64,000 nt of DNA from NCBI GenBank assembly GCA_002245135.1, contig NGBS01000871.1:496001-560000 (forward strand). Reading direction: 5' to 3'. Shown piece after piece: positions 53,390-64,000 of the stretch. The notes beneath the pieces were generated by a model. That model was not told where the DNA came from and did no database searches. It was given only the letters and a program-made list of their open reading frames with translations. Within the stretch, counting starts at the first letter, position 1. Each line of letters starts with the position of its first letter. Position numbers and translations under genes: made by a program. The stretch is from Proteromonas lacertae. Its lineage: Eukaryota.

Positions 53390-56300
53390 CTTTAGTTACT
53401 GAATCTCCTTGATGAATAGAATTCACATAAAACTCAATATCATCACATATATCAGCTTCTGAACCACTACTATAAACACTATCACTCTCATTTGTCCTTG
53501 GTGTATTCCATGAAGATAAAGATATTCTTTCAATTACATCATTCTTTGGAATAGCAGGAGTTGGTTTGTTCAATAAAGTTGTTAAGAAATTTCCTTTATT
53601 TTTTTCTAATAGATTCAATGAAGATTGATTGGAAGATGTCAAACATTTTATACATATATTTACTAAACTATTGATTTTACAGTTTGAACCATGTTTTGAA
53701 CAATTTCCTGTATGATAATTATTCTCATCTAAACTTAAATACCTGAAGGTTTGTTCACATACAATACAGAATTCTGGAAATAATATTGTTCCTTTGCCAA
53801 ATGCATCATATTCTTTACATTTATTCTGATAATATTCTGATTGTAATATCCATTTTGAATAGAGTATCAATGGAGATGATTCATCTTTTACATAGTAATG
53901 GATATTTGTCATTATTGATCTTAATTCTGAAACATCAGCACAATTATTCAACTGTGGATCAGCGAATCTAAATTATATAAAACATTATATATATATACTG
54001 ATATAAATATAAATAATTATCAAATCGATGTTTCTGATGATGTTTCAAAGGCATTGCAGTGATTGTTTCATATATATCTCCTTTCAACATGTGATATATA
54101 ATACATTTAAAATCATTTCTTTTCCATTTATCATAGACATCTATTTTTATAAAACAAATGTATATATATACCTGAATAATAATCAATAAAATCTGCAATT
54201 GCTAATAATGCTGTAATAAGTGGTAAATCAGTATAATCAAAGTGACTATAACTACGAAATGCAGTTAATACAGTTTTACTATCTAAATAATCAGTTTCTA
54301 TATCTTTATCATTATATCTAAATAACTTATGAATATAATCTGATAATAGATTATAATCTATCTTGATGGTACAAAATCTCTTAAATATTTTATCCAATAA
54401 TATTTCATGTTTTTGTGCTACATCTTTTTCTTCAGCTACTTTCTTTCTTAACGCTTTTATTGTGGATGTATGACTGATTGTTGAGGATCTTCTCCTATTC
54501 TGATTCAACTGTTGTTGCTTTATATTATTCTGAAAAACTTCAAATTTGAAATTATCCAGTGTAAAGTACCACTCTTGTGGGATTGGATGACAATCTGTAA
54601 ATTCTGTTGGTGGAAAAAATATATTTCTTTCTTCATACATATCAGCATAAAACTCATAATCTGGACCAATTAATAACTCTGGATCTTCAATAATACCAAC
54701 TGACAATTTCATTATAAAAGGTGGTAAATCTTCAATTAATAGGGTAAGATCATAATCCACTAAATCAGTGGAAATCTGTTTCTTTCCACCAACTGTAAAC
54801 TTATCTAAGTTTACTACACATTTTGTCCTTTCTATTAAATTCTTTTTATTTGAACCTAAGAATATAGTGAGTGGAATATTGGTGGTTAAGTAATTGATTA
54901 ATCCTTCCGTATTTGATAGAAAATTGTGAACTCGAAATTGCTTGATTGGACAATACGATTCATTCCATTTTGATAGATCGAATGGGATATTGTAGGTTCT
55001 TGTACCAAAATTGTACTATATTAATAATAAACAAAATATTATAATATATACTCGAATTTCACCATATGAATCTTTTGCTTCAACTACTGGAATACTATCA
55101 TTTAAAACAGTAAAATAATAAAAAGCAATAAATATCCTATGATATGTAGAATTATCTGGAATTTTCTCTCTTTTCAACAATTCAAACTTGTTTGAAGGTA
55201 AATCATTCACAGTTTGTGGTGGAACTAGACAATCTTTATAAACAAAAGATGTTTGAATTAACTTTTGAGCTGATTGATATAAATTATAACATAAATGACA
55301 AATTGAAACGGACATATATTTATTAATTTCATTCACAACAGGAAAAAGATGAAAACATTCTGCATCAATACCTCTTAAATGTAAATACAATATCAAATCA
55401 GCAATCATCTTATTGGTTAAATTATACCAAAGTGGTTTATTGTGCTTTGCTACAAATTCTTTTTCTTCCCATAATAAATAACGATATTTACATAAACCAC
55501 ATATTTTTCCAACAGATAAACTCTCATCCATTTCTTTTAAGGTTAACTGTTGTTGTAATTTATCCATTTTTAATTCAGGTAAACCTCGAATTTCAGCAAA
55601 TTCTCCATTTGATTGTAAACATTTTTCCAAATCTTCTTTCCACTTTTTCAATGCATCAAAAGTCTGTTTTTGCAGTTCAAATGCTTTTATACCAATAAAC
55701 CACCAATTATTATTATTATCTTTAATCCAATCAGTTCCAAATGTCTCAAATCGAAATTTCATTCCTGGTACAGTAACATCTTCTAAATGATGAATTATAC
55801 AATAACTCCAGGCTTCTATCTCATCAATTGATTCACCAAATATTCTAACGTAATCATACGTTTTTACATCTCTTATTTTTACACAGTAATATTTGTTCAA
55901 TATTTGTTCATATTCCCACCACAACTTTGATCTTTCATCTTTTGAAGAATTGTCTTTCTTCGCTTTCCATTCTTTTTGTTTTTGCTTTAATTCTTTATCT
56001 TTATATTTTGCTTTATTTGAACAATTATAAGCGTATGTATTTCTACTAGCCCTCCATAACACTCGATATAAAGATGATTTATTGCCTTTCGATTGAATAT
56101 ATTTTTGAACTATAAAACTCTCTATATTATCATCCAACATTTTCTTTAATTCTGATAATATTAATGGACGAGTATCATAACTTGTTGGATTTGTAAATTC
56201 TGGGATTTTTACTATGGCTATTGGAGTAGAATCAAAATCAAAATCCAATAATTTATGAGCAGTACATTTTTCAATAAATTTTGTTTTCCAATCACTGGGA

Positions 56301-56725
56301 GCTTCTTTTACGACTATTGCACCATCGTGATCATTGCTTATCCACTGTACATCACCTTTATTATATAGGATTGTCAGCGGAATAGGTACATTCAGTATCT
56401 TTTTCTTTTTACTTCCTAGTTTCCTATAATAATATATTTAAACATAGAATAAATACTTTAAAACTTCTATTCCTGGAGATATGGGTAAATTAGTGTAATA
56501 ACCTTCTGGTATGTTTGTGAAATTTATTTTTTCTAATATTGCATCTTCTATTCTCTTCTTGTACAAGTCCTCTTCTTTTTCTTTTTTTTCTACTATCTTT
56601 TTAACTGGTTTAGGAGATTCTTTTACTTCTGTTATAAATGTGAGGGGATATTCTTTCCTAAGTCCTTCAAGAAATTCTTCCGTTGATAATAGAGGTAACT
56701 CACTATCTTTTTTATTAAAATACAT
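52001..56725 (-). CDS. Large multidomain protein (QKYIQSKG...LYRVLW domain, Cys-pair region, EF-hand-like segment, C-terminal ankyrin repeats)
   Basis: GT-AG introns join ORFs 56438-56725, 55016-56248, 54131-54760, 53313-53951, 52684-53307 and 52001-52384. Ankyrin motif SLLHIAVRQASLELVELLLQYGANPNIED. Confidence 0.7.
53337..53385. repeat. (TA)n microsatellite inside an intron
   Basis: About 22 TA units directly after the GT donor of a minus-strand intron. Confidence 0.9.
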
Positions 56726-56931
56726 CTATTATCAGTCAAAAACGTTTAAATTCTAAAAGAAACGACTATTTTTTCAAATGATTTAAAAAACAAACAATAC
56801 ACTCCTCACATCATATACATTTAATATTACTACTATACAATCGTATGATTATTTAATTATAGATTAATATTACTTCGTTAATCCAAAACAAAACAAATTA
56901 AAGGCATTCCATTAACTCAAATATTAATATT

Positions 56932-57443
56932 TTAATCTTCTTCAGTATTCTTTGTCTTGTGTCTAAGAGCTCTAACACCAGTACCCCAAATCTTCTTTTG
57001 GTGATTCTTAGATTCCTTGAGAGTCTTTCTTGATTTCTTTTGTACTTCAATAATCTTCTTACGTGCTAATCTGTGTTTTGGTTCATATCTCTTCATAGCA
57101 TCAATATCATCATAAATTAAGCAAAAACCAGTTTCTTTACCTCCACCTATTAATTAATAAATTATTGTCCTTATGTTGATATATACCAAAATGGTTTTGG
57201 AATCCAAAAAGAACAATTGTTTGTGTATCTTTTACTTTGAACATTTTGGCAATATTTTCGGTTAAATCAGCATGTGATACATTACCGCTCATTGGTTTTA
57301 TTACATCAAGAACCTAAAATAAAATTAATAACATTAAAAATAAAGGATGGTATAATAACAGCAAATTATATATATACCATTTGTCTTCGACGTAACAAGG
57401 CATTTCTCATGTATTTACGAGATCTAATAGTGACAGTAGACAT
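56932..57443 (-). CDS. RPS24: 40S ribosomal protein S24 (eS24)
   Basis: Spliced product [26 protein letters not shown]...[21 protein letters not shown]...YEPKHRL...KKIWGTG. Two GT-AG introns. Missed by the ORF track. Confidence 0.95.
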
Positions 57444-57774
57444 GAAAATAATTTTGGAATGCAACTATCTTTAATTAAATAGACTTAAAAAGGCGGGATG
57501 CATGTGTATTCTGATGTATTTTGTATTTATGTATTTGCTATAATAAATGGCATAATAATCCCAATAAATCACAAATAGTTTAATGTTTTTATACTCTGGT
57601 GATAGAATATATTTAAAAAATAATCTCAGAAACATTCAATCTAATTGAATGGTACTACACATAATGAATATATTTCTCTTTATAACATCACAATTTATAG
57701 TTCAAGATAAAAATAACAACTATTAAATTGGAAAAAAACGACTCTATATTTTGAAATATCAAACAAGTTTGAAG

Positions 57775-60010
57775 ATGTTTTGCTTGAATTCTTCTTTAGA
57801 TGATGTGATATCATCGATATTACCTACTGATATTCAAGTATTTTTGTTTATTTATTTAATAGATAAATGAAAGAAATGAAAGGAGTGTTAATGAAGTTGA
57901 TTTTGTTATGTTACAAAAAAAAGATTTACAAAAAGTGAAAATTATAAATATAGATAAGATAAAAAGAGAAGATAGTATTAAATTTCTATCAAAATAACTC
58001 ATTTTTGTTGAAATGTTGCAGAGACCATATATATCCCTTTCAAGTGTATGAAATGAGTAATGGTTGTGAATGTATGATTATTTCAAGAGATTACTATGAC
58101 AGTGATTTAAAAGAGATGATTCAACATAAATCCTTGTCAAATAGTGATATTTGTGGTATAATGTGTTTATTATGTGATGTTATAATGATATTGAGTGAAT
58201 ATGATTTCGTAATGAGTAATTTGAAGAGTAGCAACGTAATATATGAAAAGAATGGTAATATAAAGTTATGTGATTTATTCATAGATAAGTTGAGAAAAAA
58301 AGAAGATTTAAGAATATATGATATCTGCTTCAAAAGCCCTGAACAGTTGAATGGATTAGAATGTAATGAAAGAAGTGTGATTTGGTCAATTGGATGTATA
58401 TTATATGAAATGATTTTAAAGAGATTACCATTTAATGAAGATGATAATATGAATAAAACAAAAGAGAATATTCTAAAGCACAAATACAGTTTGGATGTAG
58501 AATGTGATAATTTAATGAAAGAGATGATAGAAAGAATGTTAAAAGTGAAAAATGAAGATAGAATGAGTTTAAAAGAATTGAAAAAAGAAATGATAAAAAT
58601 GAGTGAAATATTGAGAGATAAAGATGGTTATTTAATGATATGTAGTGAAAGAAAAGAAATAATGTTGAATAATGATTATACAATTGTTAAACTTTCAATA
58701 ATATTTCCATCAGAATATTACCTTGATTGTAAAGAATGGTTTGTAATAAGAGAAATATTGATAGAATTATACAACAAATCACCAAATGAGAGAATTTTGG
58801 CAATTTTGTTGATGATAAAATTGTACAAAGAAGATGAATCAATAAAAGATAGACTCAAATATCAAATATATCATAAATGTGAAGAAGAGAATGAAGATTA
58901 TTATTTAGATAAAATGATATGCAAAGAAGTTTTATTATTGTGAAGAAAAAATTAATTATTTGTTCAGATTATTGAAGTTAATTAAACTAAAAGAACTCAT
59001 TTTTAAGGATAATAAAAGTATTTCGGATTTTGTTGGTATAGACATTCCAATCAAACATCAATCATTATTTGGATCATGTTTTAGTCAATTAACAAATCTA
59101 CAATATTTAAGTTTATGTGGATCTAATCTTACTTTTCATTTCATAGAATCATTTGTTAAATCAATTCCATTAATGATGAAATTAAAGAATGTAGATCTTC
59201 GTTGTATTTTTTATTATCATTATTTTGAAATAGATAATCCAATTGGTCCAAAAGGATTCAAACTATTTCTTCCATATTTGTATTTATTGACTAGTTCGGA
59301 TTTTTCAAGAATGAATTTAGATGATGAATCAATGATATTATTATCATCAGAATTATATAAATATCCAAGCATTAAATGGATAGACATTGCATACAACAAA
59401 AATATTCATTATGAAGTATATAAATCTATATTCTCCAAATTTTCAATATCCAATATTAAATTTGATATTAATAAAAGTAATAAAAAATTGTTGATTGATA
59501 AAAATATTCCAGAATTAATAAAATATGTCAAAATAAATATTCTTACTTGTAGATTAGATCTGAGTAATTGTGATATTGATGATGATATTTTCAAGTCATT
59601 TATTTCTTTAAGATTAAATGAATTAAAAGGAGTAGTAGAGTTAGATTTGAGTAGTATAATTTGGTATTTTCTATTATTTAGATAATAAACTAACATATAA
59701 AAGTGTTGAAATACTGATTAACAATTTATCTTCATTTTCAAAACTTATTCATCTTGAATTATATGGAAATAAAATAGGAGATGAAGGAATGAAAATATTA
59801 TCTCCACATTTAGGCTTATTGATATATATGATTAGTTTAAGTAAAAATGGTATGAATTGTTCAGGTATAATATTAATTTAATATATAATAGGGATGGGAT
59901 TAACTTCTAAAGGATTAAAATATTTGGATTATGTTTTAAATTATTATAATCCAGAAATTGATTTAAGCAACAATACTATAGGAGAAGGTGAAGATGAATT
60001 ACGTGATTGA
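57775..60010 (+). pseudogene. Pseudokinase plus LRR protein, copy 2; two frameshifts and a shorter LRR array
   Basis: Paralogous to 18255-21695, with a similar MFCL start and shared intron positions. A +1 frameshift near 57982-57997 and another frameshift near 58925-58945. Stops at 60010. Confidence 0.72.
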
Positions 60011-60064
60011 AAAATTATAAAACAAAAACATATTCATATTCAGATATTTCAATTTAAAGTAAAT

Positions 60065-62049
<1,985 letters not shown>

Positions 62050-62075
62050 TTATTTCATCAGCTGTTCATAGAATA

Positions 62076-62276
62076 ATGCAAAAAAATGTTTCACGCAATT
62101 CCAAAAGGAATCTACTAAAGAGAGAACAACGTATGCTTCTTAGAGAGATAAATGCTTTGATAGAAGCTCGTATAAAGCAATTGGAGGTATAAAAATAATA
62201 TTTATGTGCTTTATAGATTGAAAGAAAGAGACTTCAAAAGCATTTGTCCACTCCTCATCAAAATATGTCTGTATAG
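62076..62276 (+). CDS. 56-aa basic coiled-coil microprotein
   Basis: An open frame across a typical 30-nt GTAT...ATAG intron (62187-62216) gives MQKNVSRNSKRNLLKREQRMLLREINALIEARIKQLE|IERKRLQKHLSTPHQNMSV*. Confidence 0.5.
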
Positions 62277-62371
62277 TCTTTTTTAACCACATTTTATAAT
62301 CTTTATTTATTAATTTATGTTTTTGATTGTCTGTTGCGAATTACAAAACTAACAAATTAACTATAATTAAA

Positions 62372-64000
62372 CTATTCTGTTTTTTCTTGAAGAATCAAAG
62401 TCTTTTCTACATCAGTTTCAGTCCCATTAGCAGGAGCATCTTCTAGTCCAACTGGAATTGTGTCGTTTGCCTCTTCGCATTCAACTTCATTGGGTAAATT
62501 ACTTTCATTTGTTTTAGCTTCAAAAGTCTTTGAATTCTTTTTGGATTCTGACTGTGCTTCCTGTTGTGCTTGTTTATTAGATGTATGTGAATGAACAGAA
62601 GCTTTCGATTGTGTAGAATGAGCAGATTCTCTCGACTGGTTTGATTTCCTTGAAGCAGGAGTATTAATTCCACTTTTACCTCCACCACCTCCACCACCAT
62701 AATTACTCTTTCTATTACTTGCAACAAATCCAATTGGTTTTGGGAAATCTTCACTTACTGGTCCTTCACCAACAGAATTACATGATTTAATTCTTACATA
62801 GATCCTTTTAGATTTAGAAATAAAAGTGAAACTATATTTTCTACTTTTTCTTTCATTTGTTTTCTCTTCACTTTCACCTTTTTCCTTTTCTTCTATTAAA
62901 TTGTTATTGTCTAATTTCACCATCATTACATCGTATGTAGTACCAGATATTGGCCTATATTCTATAATAAAATGAGTTATTGAAGAACCACAAATACATG
63001 GAGTATATTCAAAAACAACTGTAAATTTCTATATTAAAAATATATAATATATAAATATATAAATATACATAAGGTGGTATGATTTGAGTATCAGGAGGTT
63101 CTATTAATTTAATAATATTAACAACAACAGGGACACATTTACAACACAATATTTCATCTTCTCCATACACAACATCATCACTTTTCCTTATTTCAACATT
63201 ATTACCTCCCATTGTATCATCTAAACCATTTTCATTATCTTTTTCAAATTCTTCTTCGTCTGAATCAGGTGGAGCTGTTGTACTTGGCGGAGGAAAATCA
63301 TTGATAAAAGCCACACATTTGTATCTTACAGATGGAATTGCATCAAATTTTAAATTATCTAATATAATAATAATAATATAATAATAATATATATACAATA
63401 TTTTTTACCAAATGATAATTGATAAGTTGAATCATCAATTGGAACTTTTGATTCACATTCATGAAGTTTATCTTTTTTATAATAATCAGAATAACTATAT
63501 AATCTCTTTAGAACAGAAGTCCAACTGCCATCTATTAATATTAAATAATAAATAATAATAATATACTTTTTTCTTTTCTAAAAATTTCAATATTAATAGA
63601 ATCAAAACATTCAAATTCTTTCAATTGAATCAATAAATAAATTTCAATTTGCTTTTGTGATTCAAATTTCTTATTATGTAAAATTGTTAAATTATTTTCA
63701 GGAAATGTGAATTTATTCCTCAACAAATCTCTACACTTCTCTCCAGCAACATTTATTGCATTATTTCCTTCTAAATCAGGAATAAATATATTTTGACTGT
63801 TTATATCATCGTTTAAAAAATATTTTATTATTTTATCTTGATTCTGTTGACAAGCGTAATGAAATGGAGTACATCTCATTGTATTAGATGCATATTTATC
63901 TGCACCACTATTTATCAATAATTTACAAACATAATAATGTCCTTCATATGCTGCATAATGTAACATACTGTTCTTTCTGCCGAATAAGGTTTCGTCTGAT
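62372..64000 (-). CDS. Ankyrin-repeat plus fibronectin type III protein (5' end outside the window)
   Basis: LHYAAYEGHYYVCKLLINSGAD and TPFHYAC ankyrin motifs. FN3-like GSSITHFIIEYRP...YVRIKSCNSVGEGPVS. Three GT-AG introns. Confidence 0.75.

Overview
AT-rich, gene-dense eukaryotic DNA read with the standard code. It holds about 28 tightly packed protein genes interrupted by roughly 100 very short (mostly 24-45 nt) GTAT...TAG introns. The tiny introns, compact head-to-head promoters and TGTT-rich 3' flanks suggest a gut stramenopile of the Blastocystis/Proteromonas group (inference). Housekeeping genes include PA200/Blm10, RFC3, a kinesin, RPS5, membrin, KATNAL2, p24, FKBP12, BLOC1S2, di-ubiquitin, a NEK kinase, DCTN6, NIPA, WDR31, RPS24 and PGM. 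Four observations stand out. (1) A ~3,940-aa class C GPCR-like receptor has nine tandem bacterial UrtA/AmiC-type Venus-flytrap domains in front of a 7TM. (2) At least three, probably four, 48-65 nt minor-spliceosome-type introns (AT-AC twice, AT-AA, AT-AG) have a relaxed ATATC[A/C/T]T donor; three of them are the best or only way to restore the reading frame. (3) Two disrupted paralogues of a pseudokinase-LRR family are present. (4) One protein carries four copies of an unfamiliar CxxC-x6-H-x7-C motif plus a SHIPPO-like PGPGAY motif. All gene models were spliced by eye, so boundaries need RNA-seq confirmation.
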